A stretch of DNA of 64,000 nucleotides from Candidatus Freyarchaeum deiterrae (GTDB lineage Archaea > Asgardarchaeota > Jordiarchaeia > Jordiarchaeales > Jordiarchaeaceae). How positions within the stretch are numbered: the first letter of the stretch is position 1; each line of letters opens with the position of its first letter. A model generated the notes under the pieces. The model ran no database searches. It was not told the DNA's origin and worked only from the letters and a program-made list of their open reading frames with translations. The translations under genes and the position numbers were made by a program. Shown here piece after piece: positions 21,793-32,046 of this stretch. Location: assembly GCA_037305845.1 (NCBI GenBank), contig CP147778.1, positions 3,424,001-3,488,000 on the forward strand, given 5' to 3'.

Positions 21793-23907
21793 TTAATCCA
21801 CAGAGGGTATTATTCGAACTTGTTTTCCACAATTGTTACAGAAGAAATCCTTAGGTTCGACTTTGGTACCACAGTAAGGACAATATGAAACAATCATGGT
21901 TGAAAGTTGCTGTAATTCAGGAGAAATTCCCCCGATTCCGATTCCCACAAGAGGAGCCGCGGGTTTTCTCTTACTTATTTCCCAACTAAGACTGAGTGCG
22001 ACAACTAATCCCAACGCGATTAGTCCAATTCCCCCATATGTTATATTATAGGCTGTATTTGTTAAATTGGTTATGTCGTTTAAATACAGGGCCCATAAAA
22101 CTGATGACACAGACCAGTCAACAAAAGCGGTATCGTTTAGAGCCAAGGGAATATTGAATAACGCGCTTCCACTCGCATTAACCAGCGTCAGATTTCCTGA
22201 GAAGTCATAAACCGACCTCCATAAGGGGACGATAAAACTGACTGGCACAAACAACTGTGTATCATTAAGACTGGAGAAAACCCCAGAGGATACTGTGGTG
22301 TAGGCTCTGGCATTACCGCTTACAATAAAGGATGCGTTAATGATTGGATGATTGCTGGTTATGTTTCCCACAACAACGGTAAGAACAACATCCGAGGGAG
22401 TTAGATCCCAAAAGAGCATGGGATAAGCGAGAGCCCTTATCGGAGTTATTGCAACAGGTAGGGTGAGATTGCTTCCATTATAATAACCTCGTAAATAGCT
22501 ATACGTACTAGAAATATTCAGCAGTCCGGCTCCCTGTGCAAATGGGTTCAATCCCAAGTCCTTCGCATTCATCAAAAGTGCAGCCTTAACGGTGTTCGGG
22601 GAAAGCTTAAGCCAAGGCATACCATTAGTAGTACTATTATCAAGCAGTAGAGCTATAGCTCCAGACACCACAGGGGTGGCAGCGCTAGTTCCACTAAATC
22701 CTGATGATCTAAGACCGCCAGTACTGCTCAGAGCAATTAAATTTACACCAGGAGCTACTATGTCGGGTTTGGCTCTGAGGTCATCAGTCGGCCCTAGGCT
22801 AGAGAAGTAGGCTACTGATTGGCTGGAGGAGTTAAATGCACCTACTGTAATAATGTAAGATGCCAGCCCAGGAGAACTTATAGTTCCGTAATAGGGTCCC
22901 AAAATGGTACCTCCCATGTTGATTCCACCCTCATTGCCTGCAGCTACTACCGCAATTGTGTCATTATTCACCCACGCACTGTTTACTGCCATACTCATGT
23001 CATCATAAGATGTACCGAATGAATCACCTAGAGACATTGAGACAATATCAGCCTTTGGATGGTTTATAGTATTCCATGCCTCGTTTATCGCTCCCACTAC
23101 CCAGTCCAATTGACCATATCCAGTTGCATCTAATGCTTTTAGATCCAGGAAGTTTACTGCGGGAGCTACCCCCTTCGCAGTGGGAAAATTAACACCTGAT
23201 GCTCCAATTATTCCAGCCACAGCTGTTCCGTGACCATTATGATCTAAGAAATCTTCACCTGGTACAAAACTCTGACTATAAATTATCCGGCTTCCATCTA
23301 GATCTAACTGAGGCGTAATTCCTGTGTCTATTACAGCTACGACCACTCCAGTTCCGTTTAAGTTAAATGGGGAGGCTTGGAGTGTTGTGGCTCCTATCGC
23401 GGTGTTGGCATTTGCGTCTTCGGCTTGTACTCCGTCTGTCGTTACTTGGTCGGGTACTATTTCTACTTTTTCGTTGTAGGTTATTGTGCGTATGTAGTTT
23501 TGTTGGGCTATGGTTTCAGCCATTCCTATCGGTGCCTTTATGCACACGCCGTTGATTATGGTATAGTTTGAAATGACTTCGAAGCTTCCAAGGTTTTTGA
23601 GCAGGTTTATTCCCTGTGTGTAGTTTACTGTTCCATCAAAGAAGATTAGCATCTCGCCCTGTGTTGAGGGATCGGAATTCTGGACCAAGTATTGTAGATG
23701 GGTTCCCATCTTGGAGTTTATACTGGGGGTGCTGATTGATTGATTGGGGAGGGTTAGGGTGTTTCGGGTTATTTGTTGTTGTTGTTGATTAAACGCGAGG
23801 AAAAGGGAGGCTGAAAAAATTAGTGTAACTATTATTAGGAGAAGTATGAGTTTTTTTGTTATTTTCACTCGCCCCTTCATGATATTACTACTCCCTTTTC
23901 TCCTCAT
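21793..23907 (-). CDS. Membrane-anchored S8 subtilisin-like protease with C-terminal zinc ribbon
   Basis: VIDTGI (D), GHGTAVAG (H), AAGN, GTSAATP (S); N- and C-terminal TMs; CPYC...CNNC. Confidence 0.92.
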   Translation of the reverse strand: MRRKGSSNIMKGRVKITKKLILLLIIVTLIFSASLFLAFNQQQQQITRNTLTLPNQSISTPSINSKMGTHLQYLVQNSDPSTQGEMLIFFDGTVNYTQGINLLKNLGSFEVISNYTIINGVCIKAPIGMAETIAQQNYIRTITYNEKVEIVPDQVTTDGVQAEDANANTAIGATTLQASPFNLNGTGVVVAVIDTGITPQLDLDGSRIIYSQSFVPGEDFLDHNGHGTAVAGIIGASGVNFPTAKGVAPAVNFLDLKALDATGYGQLDWVVGAINEAWNTINHPKADIVSMSLGDSFGTSYDDMSMAVNSAWVNNDTIAVVAAGNEGGINMGGTILGPYYGTISSPGLASYIITVGAFNSSSQSVAYFSSLGPTDDLRAKPDIVAPGVNLIALSSTGGLRSSGFSGTSAATPVVSGAIALLLDNSTTNGMPWLKLSPNTVKAALLMNAKDLGLNPFAQGAGLLNISSTYSYLRGYYNGSNLTLPVAITPIRALAYPMLFWDLTPSDVVLTVVVGNITSNHPIINASFIVSGNARAYTTVSSGVFSSLNDTQLFVPVSFIVPLWRSVYDFSGNLTLVNASGSALFNIPLALNDTAFVDWSVSSVLWALYLNDITNLTNTAYNITYGGIGLIALGLVVALSLSWEISKRKPAAPLVGIGIGGISPELQQLSTMIVSYCPYCGTKVEPKDFFCNNCGKQVRIIPSVD

Positions 23908-24249
23908 GGATAACCCCGTTATAATCTTTTAATCGCGAGACTACGTTTTAGATATTATTTTTGTCAAGAACTTTGGTTTTTGTTTTTAATATTTGTTTCG
24001 ATTGATGCATTCGTGTTGCATATTTTAAGTGTAATATTCATAACAATGGTGGCCCTCTATTCATTTGGCGTGATAAGATAAGATTTTCAAAGTAAAATAT
24101 GAATTCATCCGCACAATTTTTAAATTAAAAAAGTTCCCTTTTTTGTAGTGACTCGCATGATATTCCACTCTAATGTGCCTATTTTCTCTTCAAAAATATT
24201 TTTATAATTGAACAATCCTTATCAATGATTAAAAATATTAGAAGGCGTA

Positions 24250-24735
24250 ATGATGACTAATAGACCACGCAGTGTCGTCGCGCTAGCTTTAATCTTCTTA
24301 ATTATTGCACTTGCAGGAATCATAATAGGAATATACTTGCTATTTTTTGCGGTACCTGGATTTCAAAACCAGATACAAAACGATTTACTCTTTGCCATAA
24401 CCACCACCATTTCACCAACCCTTCTCGGCCCATTTACTGCACAAATTACATTGTTATTTTTGCTTGATGTACCCTCTTCGCTATCTACTATGAGTACATA
24501 CTTTTATAGTGCCCTGTTGGCTTTGATTGCTTCTGTTATGTATTTTTTCAGCGGTGTTGGCTTACTCTACATGAAGAAGTGGGCATACTACCTGGGCTTA
24601 TTAATAGGAGTATCTGATATAATCGGCGGTATAGTCCTTTTAGTAATTATAGTTGGTATACTTTTTATACCAGTCGGAATAATCATATTGGTGTATCTTT
24701 GGCGCGACGTTAAAGACGAGTTCGAGCAGGGGTAA
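24250..24735 (+). CDS. Small membrane protein, RPxG family copy 5
   Basis: NRPRSVVALALIF...GLLYMKKWAYYLG...VYLWRDVKDEFE. Confidence 0.85.
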   Translation: MMTNRPRSVVALALIFLIIALAGIIIGIYLLFFAVPGFQNQIQNDLLFAITTTISPTLLGPFTAQITLLFLLDVPSSLSTMSTYFYSALLALIASVMYFFSGVGLLYMKKWAYYLGLLIGVSDIIGGIVLLVIIVGILFIPVGIIILVYLWRDVKDEFEQG

Positions 24736-25072
24736 CATTACTCCCCCAATATTTTTTGTTTTAGAAATGGTTCGAATTTTTTAGTCCGCATAGCATTCCG
24801 TTCCAGATAGTTATGCCTCATTAAAAATGCTTTAATAGTTAAATAATGCTTATCTCTTATTAAGCAAGATATACAGGGGGGAGGGGGTCTAAATGAGGAA
24901 ATACAGACCGAGAAATAAACGCAATAATCATACATAAAGTATCCAGAATTGTAGTTTGGTATCTACTCTGGATGATGCGGAAAAAAATTAGTTGGATAAC
25001 ATTCTTCTTCCATATATCAGTTGTAAACGATCTTTTTTAGTGGAACACTTTTTTTAGTAAATTAACTTGAAC

Positions 25073-25720
25073 TCATATGGATATTTTTTTTATAGCTTCT
25101 ATTCTTTCTTTTATTGTGAGTTCTGGTAAATCGAAGCTTCCATACTTGGTTACGTGTGGCAGGCTTTCCACTTTTACCTGAGCCAGTTTCGTTAGTGCGC
25201 TTATTGCAGGTTCTTTCTTTTCCATCCAGGTGACAGCGTACTTGTCGGCGTTAAGTTCCTGATTTCTTCCAACCTGTTCTTCCAATCCGGGGTATCCGCA
25301 TTCTTTTATCACAGCTCTAATGTCTTCCAGTATGGCTTCCGTCTCTAACAGATGGATTTGTGCCCATTTTGAGAGGAGCAGGTTGAATCCCGGCTTTTCA
25401 AATTCAGACAGGAAGTTGGCTCCTGAATCATTGTTTAGAATGTGATGTATTTCGTGGAGAACAATGTATTGAAGCTCCTCGGTGTCCAACTTTTTGTACA
25501 ATTGATCAGAGACGTAGATGGCACCGAGTGGCACACAGGATTCATAGAGTCCTCTAGAGAAGACTGGGGGGTCATTGGGCTCGGCGTTAAATCTTCTTCC
25601 CGAAAGCAGCTTCAAGGGACTATTAATGCATTCAAGATGAGCGTCGATAATGTTCTGGATAACCGGCTCACCCACGGAAGACTCTTCTATTCTATCCAAC
25701 AGCTCGGACATACACATCAC
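25073..25720 (-). CDS. M48/HtpX-like zinc metallopeptidase (soluble)
   Basis: EELQYIVLHEIHH (HExxH), QELNADKYA, SALTKL, ERIEAI. Confidence 0.78.
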   Translation of the reverse strand: MMCMSELLDRIEESSVGEPVIQNIIDAHLECINSPLKLLSGRRFNAEPNDPPVFSRGLYESCVPLGAIYVSDQLYKKLDTEELQYIVLHEIHHILNNDSGANFLSEFEKPGFNLLLSKWAQIHLLETEAILEDIRAVIKECGYPGLEEQVGRNQELNADKYAVTWMEKKEPAISALTKLAQVKVESLPHVTKYGSFDLPELTIKERIEAIKKISI

Positions 25721-25827
25721 TACAACGACACGGTAAATAATCCTATTCTCTGAACTTCAACAATATTGGTCGAGGATATAAGTTAATCGCAAAAAATAAA
25801 AACACAAACACTTCAAACAATTAGAAA

Positions 25828-26011
25828 AAAAATATTTTTAATGCAACACGAATCCTGGGTAAATAAAGTTAAGGGAAATTTCAGAACTAAAAATCTTCAA
25901 AATCAGATACCACCTCCCAACGTAAATACGCTCTTAGTCTCTCAGAGCAATTGACAAATTTTTTGAAAGGTGAACATTACCAGTGAAAATCAAATTATAA
26001 TGAAGAATTCA
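25828..26011. repeat. Inverted copy of the 20243..20427 repeat
   Basis: Reverse-complement alignment by eye, high identity. Confidence 0.9.
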
Positions 26012-26042
26012 GAACATTTGGGGAAAAAATTGAGGGGGGATT

Positions 26043-26546
26043 TTATCTCATTTCAAAATCCTCTTTTACCACACTGTACAGGTACACGACTATCATTATT
26101 CCAGCTGACACAATAAGTATACCACCAGTAAGAATAAATATCACTGATATGATGCCACCGATTATGAATAGTATTCCAACTATTATCCCGAGGTAGCGTC
26201 CCCATTGCTTTATTCTGAATAATCCAACAGCAGAAATAATTAGCAAGGGCACAGCGATCAAGCTAATCAGAACCCCTATGTACATAAAGGATAAGAAACT
26301 CATATTGCTGCTTATGATAGTACCAATTATGAAAGCTATAGTGATAGGTAAAATTTGGGCTAGCTCTGGCGGTAAACTAGCTGACAAAGAATATATCAAG
26401 GGGATTGAAAGGAGATTGACGAAGTTTGAGATTTGATACTGAGGTATAAATACAGCCTCGATAAAAATTGCTCCAATGACTCCCAGTGCGGCGAGAATTA
26501 TGAAGATTATAGCTAATGCAGTCACGCCATTTGGTCTAAATGCCAT
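26043..26546 (-). CDS. Small membrane protein, RPxG family copy 6 (closest to copy 2)
   Basis: MAFRPNGVTALA...AALGVIGAIFIEAV...PLLIISAVGLFRIKQWGRYLG...VKEDFE. Confidence 0.85.
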   Translation of the reverse strand: MAFRPNGVTALAIIFIILAALGVIGAIFIEAVFIPQYQISNFVNLLSIPLIYSLSASLPPELAQILPITIAFIIGTIISSNMSFLSFMYIGVLISLIAVPLLIISAVGLFRIKQWGRYLGIIVGILFIIGGIISVIFILTGGILIVSAGIMIVVYLYSVVKEDFEMR

Positions 26547-26651
26547 TTTATATCCCGCCCATATTTTTTATCATTATGAAGTGTTGTTTAGACATAAAAA
26601 CATTTTTGTGCGGGTAAACATTGTAGAAAAAATTTGAAGGAAAAAATGTCT

Positions 26652-27087
26652 TTATTGAAACTCGTATTTTACGTCGCGCAAAAGGTACACCACTACCACT
26701 ATTCCAAATACTAATAGAATTATACTAACTATCAATAGTGATGAGCGCACTGTCCATAGTAATGAGAGCACACCGCCGATTATCATGAATACTAAGTATC
26801 AATGCGAGGGTACGTCCCCAGTTCATCATGTAGAGCAAGCCAATAGCAGTTACGGTATATATTGCCGCCACAATAATTGCACCCACCATCTCTAATTCAT
26901 AGATGCCCATGCTATTTCCATAACTAGTGCCTGACATAAATGTCCTACTGGAAAGCACCGCCCATTGAATGCTTAGCGCAGACATGTCTGTAATTACCAC
27001 GATTATTACGGTGATACTCACAACCACCCCAAAAATTATAAAAAATACAGCTAGTGCGATGACACCACCCGGTCTACCAGAAGACAT
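26652..27087 (-). pseudogene. RPxG family copy 7, frameshifted near 26790
   Basis: GRPGGVIALA...GLLYMMNWGRTLAL; the alternate frame continues FMIIGGVL...FGIVVVVYLLRDVKYEFQ* to 26652. Confidence 0.8.
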
Positions 27088-27387
27088 CCAACTCCTCCCT
27101 ATACTTTTTTAATCCTTAATAAGAATTGTTTGGATATAAATATTTGTGAAGCGGCATAATTCATTTTAAGGTGGGATAACGTAGAGACTCCGAGAGAATA
27201 TAGGTTGACTACTCCCAGCTCCCAGAGTTGAAGCACAAGAATCATGCGAATAACCGATTGGACCAAAACCCAAAAATTTTTCACCCTTACCTTAATCTTT
27301 TTTAATCTGGAGCAAATTGTTTATAACAGGAGTATTAACGGTAAGACATAAAAGCTATTGAAAAGTTTTAAGGCATAATATATATTA

Positions 27388-28203
27388 TTGGAGGCTTTCT
27401 TTTTGCCCAGAATGCGGGTTGGAAAAATTAACATGTACTACGAGACTCATGGAAACGGTTTCCCCCTAGTTATGATTATGGGTTTGGGAGGACCCTCAGC
27501 CGCTTGGGATAAGTACATCATCGACGAGTTCTCTAAAGAATTTAAGGTGATTATTCTGGATAATAGGGGTACCGGGCAGACTGATTGTCCCAAAGAGAAT
27601 TACACTGTTGACATGCTCGCCGAGGACACCGCCGGGCTTATGAACGCTCTTAAAGTGACCCGTGCCCATGTTTTAGGCGTGTCAATGGGAGGAATGATTT
27701 CTATTAAACTCGTTTTGAAGCACCCCGAAATAGTAGAAAAGCTGGTTCTCGGCTGTACGACTGGTGGAGTCTCAAGGGTTGTTCCCCCGAAGGCGGATGT
27801 AATGCAGAGCCTGAGCGGTTTGACGAGTAAAGATCCTAAAGAGGCTCTAAAGGCCGGTTTGCGTATACTCTACACCGAGGACTTTATAGCTGAGCATCCT
27901 GAGAGGATTGAAGAATTTATCGAACAAATGAAAGGCGGCACCTACTCTCAAGAGGGAGTTATGAGGCAGTTAGCGGGAATATCGGTTTACGACGCACACG
28001 ATCAGTTGCCCACGATTAAGAACCCTACTCTCATATTAGCAGGAAAAGAGGATCATCTTGTCCCATATGAAAATTCCCAAATCCTAGCTGAGGAAATACC
28101 GAACTCTAAACTCGTCCTGTTTGATGGGGCTGCTCACGGTTTCTATTCGCAGAAGAGAGAAGAATTCTGCCAAATCGTCTCAGAGTTCCTCAAAGACCCA
28201 TAA
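27388..28203 (+). CDS. Alpha/beta hydrolase
   Basis: LDNRGTG, GVSMGG nucleophile elbow, GKED, AAHG. Confidence 0.92.
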   Translation: MEAFFLPRMRVGKINMYYETHGNGFPLVMIMGLGGPSAAWDKYIIDEFSKEFKVIILDNRGTGQTDCPKENYTVDMLAEDTAGLMNALKVTRAHVLGVSMGGMISIKLVLKHPEIVEKLVLGCTTGGVSRVVPPKADVMQSLSGLTSKDPKEALKAGLRILYTEDFIAEHPERIEEFIEQMKGGTYSQEGVMRQLAGISVYDAHDQLPTIKNPTLILAGKEDHLVPYENSQILAEEIPNSKLVLFDGAAHGFYSQKREEFCQIVSEFLKDP

Positions 28204-28381
28204 GACGCTCTGCCAGCCACCCAGAAAAACAGCTCTAAAAACTTTTTGTTAGTCGTCAAGTAAATGCAATAATTCTTATACACGTAAAATATTATAAAAT
28301 ATTAATATTTTCTTAAAAACTATTATTGTGGAAATATTATTCAGAAATTCTTAAATAGTTCTGTGTTCTATTACTTGATTT

Positions 28382-29080
28382 GTGGAGAGCCAAACAGATT
28401 ACCTTTTAAAGGTTTCAAATGTCAGCGTAGAGCTCGCAAATCAGCCAATTTTGGATAATGTAAGTTTTACCCTGAAGAGGGGCACAACTCTTGCTATAGT
28501 GGGACCGAATGGTGCCGGCAAGACGACTTTGTTCAGAGTATTGTTGAATATGGTGCCGCATACCGGAAAAATTGAGTGGAGCGGCCATGTTAAGATAGGG
28601 TATGTTCCTCAGATTCTTTCTGTTACGGATGTACCGATTACTGTGAAAGAGTTTTTATCAATTAAGAGTCGTTCAAACCAAGCGGGTTCTCTTAATTCTG
28701 TTGGGCTGGATAGCAAGAGTATACTGAATAAGAGTCTCAGCGTTTTGTCTGGGGGGCAACTGAGAAGAGTATTGGTAGCTTGGGCTATAATTGATAAACC
28801 GAATGTTTTGCTGTTTGATGAGCCCACGTCAGGCGTGGATCTTGGCGGTGAGGAAGCCATTTATCAAACGCTGAAGAGGCTCACTAAGGAAACTGAAATC
28901 GCACTGCTTTTGATATCGCATGATGTTCATATTGTTAGGGAGTATTCGGATTACATGCTGGTTTTGAATAAATGTGTCACATTTTTTGGAGAATCAAAGG
29001 AAATAAAGAATCTGGATATACAGAAGTTAATTTTTGGTGAACCAGTTTGCCTAGAAAGAGAGCCAGATCGTAATGAGTGA
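28382..29080 (+). CDS. znuC: Mn/Zn ABC transporter ATPase
   Basis: GPNGAGKT, GYVPQ, LSGGQ, FDEPT, SHD. Confidence 0.85.
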   Translation: MESQTDYLLKVSNVSVELANQPILDNVSFTLKRGTTLAIVGPNGAGKTTLFRVLLNMVPHTGKIEWSGHVKIGYVPQILSVTDVPITVKEFLSIKSRSNQAGSLNSVGLDSKSILNKSLSVLSGGQLRRVLVAWAIIDKPNVLLFDEPTSGVDLGGEEAIYQTLKRLTKETEIALLLISHDVHIVREYSDYMLVLNKCVTFFGESKEIKNLDIQKLIFGEPVCLEREPDRNE

Positions 29081-29892
29081 TTTTCATGCTGATAGAAGTA
29101 CTGATTTTCAGTTTAATACTGGGAGTTTTCGTAGGTCTTGCCGCGGGTTACGTGGGATCCGTTATGGTGATGGAGAGGATGGCACTTGTCGGTGATGCTT
29201 TATCACATGTTGCTTTGCCTGGACTTGCTATAGGAATTCTGTTGAATTTTAATCCTTTCTTGGGAGCGTTTGCCTTCCTCTTCGGATCCTCGGTCGTAAT
29301 TTGGCAATTAAGAAAAGTTACCAAATTGCCTTTCGAAACCCTAGTAGGGACGATATTCACGCTAGCTTTAGCAATAGGAATACTACTAGTGCCACAGCCA
29401 GACTTGCTTGAGGCTCTCTTTGGCGACATTACTACAATAAATTTAGTGGACGCAATCATCGCAATAACTATTTCAATTGTGGTCATTTCTCTGACAAGGG
29501 TTATTTACAAGAAAATTACTCTGAGCCTGATTTCTGAAGAGCTTGCAATTTCACAGGGTGTCAACGTTAGCAGAATAAATCTTTTGTATCTTTTGCTGGT
29601 TTCCCTTGTTGTAGCTATAGGCATAAGATTCACAGGGACTCTGCTTGTGGGTATGCTTGTAGTAACTCCTGCTGCAGCTGCAAAGACTGTAAGTTCCAAA
29701 CTTTCGCGATACTTTATACTTAGTGCTGCATTTGGAGCGGCTAGTGCATTTTCGGGGATTCTATTAACCAGCTATTTGAACACTCTCCCCGGCATTAACA
29801 TACCTCCCGGTCCACTGGTTGTTATTTCGGGTATGATAATATTTCTGATAACTATAGCAATAAGACGGGCGACCAAGTTTTCTGCGGCATAA
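29077..29892 (+). CDS. znuB: Mn/Zn ABC transporter permease
   Basis: GDALSHVALPG, LFGDI; overlaps the ATPase stop. Confidence 0.85.
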   Translation: MIFMLIEVLIFSLILGVFVGLAAGYVGSVMVMERMALVGDALSHVALPGLAIGILLNFNPFLGAFAFLFGSSVVIWQLRKVTKLPFETLVGTIFTLALAIGILLVPQPDLLEALFGDITTINLVDAIIAITISIVVISLTRVIYKKITLSLISEELAISQGVNVSRINLLYLLLVSLVVAIGIRFTGTLLVGMLVVTPAAAAKTVSSKLSRYFILSAAFGAASAFSGILLTSYLNTLPGINIPPGPLVVISGMIIFLITIAIRRATKFSAA

Positions 29893-30090
29893 CTTTTTAA
29901 CTTAATCTTTCTTTATTTTTTGAATTCACTCTGACAAAAGGGTTGCTAATTATCAGATGGATAAACTCAGAAGTTTGAACGTCTTTTATAAGGATTTGAT
30001 AAAGATAAAAATATTGAGGGATTTACTTAATGATTGTAAGCCTATGATTCAAATTATTTGCAAAATGTTTTTCATTTAATTTTGATTCTT

Positions 30091-31248
30091 TTATTTTTTT
30101 GGTAGTTCACTTGCGATTCTTAGTTTCTGTACTTCGCTGGTTCCCTCGTATATGCTGATAATTCTTGCGTCGCGGAATATTCTTTCTATGGGGAAGTCTT
30201 TTGTGTATCCGTATCCTCCGTGAATCTGGAGGGATAGGTTTGCAGCTTTCATGGCGATTTCTGCCCCCGCCAGTTTTGCCATCGCCGCTTCCATGGAGAT
30301 TCTTACGCCCTTATCCTTGAAATAAGCCGCCTTGTAGGTCAAGAGGCGGGCTGCTTCTATTTCTTTGGCCATTTCGGCTAGCATCCACTGTATCGCTTGG
30401 AAGTTGGATATGGGTTGACCGAATTGAACTCTTTGTTTGGAGTATTTCAGAGCCTCGTCCAAAGCGGATTGAGCCACTCCTACGCCTTGGGCTGCCATAC
30501 CGATTCTTGCTTGGTCGAGTGTGATCATGCCTAGCTTGTATCCTTCGCCCACTTTTCCCAGCACGTTCTCCTTTGGGACGCGGCAGTCTTCGAAGGTGAG
30601 AGACTTGGCGGTTTCAGCGCAGTGCTGCCCCATTTTTCTTTCAGGCTTACCAGGCTTGAAACCCGGGGTGTTTCTATCAACTATTATAATGCTTATTGGT
30701 TTCTTTTTCGGGTCACTAGCTTCGACTCCTTCGGTTTTGGCGAAAACTAGGTAAACTCCGGCCACTATGCCGTTGGTTACCCATTGTTTTTGTCCATTTA
30801 TTATCCATTCATCGCCGTCAAGCACAGCTGTGGTTTTTATACTTGAGGCATCGGATCCCGCTTCCATTTCGGTTAGTGAGAATGCTCCTATCATTTCTCC
30901 TCTGGCCAGTTTCGGTAAATACTTTCTTTTCTGTTCTTCTGTACCGTAGCGGTTCAGGGGCCAGCAGCACACTCCGTTGTGAACTTGGATGATTGTTCCT
31001 ACTGAAGTCCAAGCTCTGGAGAGTTCCTCCGTGAGGATTGCTGCGCTTATGCTGTCCACTTCTGATCCTTCGTATTCTTCTGGTATCGTTACTCCTAGGT
31101 AGCCGAGGTCGGCTGCCTTGTTTATGACTTCCCAGGGGAACACGGCCTTTTCTTCGTACTCCACGACTCTTGGAGCCAGTTCCTTCTCTGCAAATTCTCT
31201 GGCGGTTTGCCTTATTGTTTCCTGTTCTTCATTTAGGTCAAAATCCAT
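30091..31248 (-). CDS. Acyl-CoA dehydrogenase
   Basis: FSLTEMEAGSD, GQKQWVTNG, RVQFGQPI, QIHGGYGY, IYEGTSEVQ; start moved to MDFDL. Confidence 0.95.
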   Translation of the reverse strand: MDFDLNEEQETIRQTAREFAEKELAPRVVEYEEKAVFPWEVINKAADLGYLGVTIPEEYEGSEVDSISAAILTEELSRAWTSVGTIIQVHNGVCCWPLNRYGTEEQKRKYLPKLARGEMIGAFSLTEMEAGSDASSIKTTAVLDGDEWIINGQKQWVTNGIVAGVYLVFAKTEGVEASDPKKKPISIIIVDRNTPGFKPGKPERKMGQHCAETAKSLTFEDCRVPKENVLGKVGEGYKLGMITLDQARIGMAAQGVGVAQSALDEALKYSKQRVQFGQPISNFQAIQWMLAEMAKEIEAARLLTYKAAYFKDKGVRISMEAAMAKLAGAEIAMKAANLSLQIHGGYGYTKDFPIERIFRDARIISIYEGTSEVQKLRIASELPKK

Positions 31249-31632
31249 TTCTCGATAACACCTCAAAACGGCGTCAGTGTCTGTTAAACGCATTGCGAAT
31301 AATGATACTTTCTAGACAAGTCGTGAACCTGAGGTATATATTTATAGTTTACCCGCAAAAATTTTTAACCATGGAGTGAGCCTAAGCTATTTTTCTTACC
31401 CATTGGTTTCCCTACCTCCATATGGCAATCAGGATTATCAATCAACTCCGTTTTGCCAATAAAATAGAAAAACAAGATTTAAATTTATGTTTTTTTTATA
31501 GTAAAACATTTATATTATAGATTACGAATTAATAATCAAGGAAGCATGTTTAAACTGAGCACCTTAGAGAGAAAACCATTAACTACCAATTTTACCTCGC
31601 ACACTTCTAAAAAATTTCGGAGGGGCAAAAAA

Positions 31633-32046
31633 ATGTCTGAAGATTTAAACCTTGTTGACAAATTAAAGCGGGAGTTGGCTTCCTTCGACACTCCTAGTGA
31701 AAGAGGTTTTGCTCTCTTGACTAAGAAGGGTAAGGTGCTGTACTCGGATTTGCCGAGCGATGTTGAACAGAAAGTACTTCTTTTCAAAAAAAGTCTTCCC
31801 GGTTTAACCGTTGGATCAAATATTACACTACTCGAAAAACCCCGCACCATTGTAGTAATGTGCACTTCTGAAAAAACGCTGATGGTTTTAAGGACCAGAC
31901 AGGGCATAGGCGTTACCCTAGTCAAACTATCAAGCATCGCAAAAAAATACTCTGACGAATTCGATAGATACTTGGACACCGTGCGCAAAGAAAACAAAAA
32001 TAAAACTGCAAAACAAAAGAAATCAAAGAAGCCGCAGAAACAGTAA
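31633..32046 (+). CDS. Small alpha/beta protein, putative roadblock/profilin-like fold
   Basis: GFALLTKKGKVLY...GLTVGSNI...VMCTSEKTLMVL resembles 42400 and 44015 proteins; fold inferred. Confidence 0.6.
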   Translation: MSEDLNLVDKLKRELASFDTPSERGFALLTKKGKVLYSDLPSDVEQKVLLFKKSLPGLTVGSNITLLEKPRTIVVMCTSEKTLMVLRTRQGIGVTLVKLSSIAKKYSDEFDRYLDTVRKENKNKTAKQKKSKKPQKQ

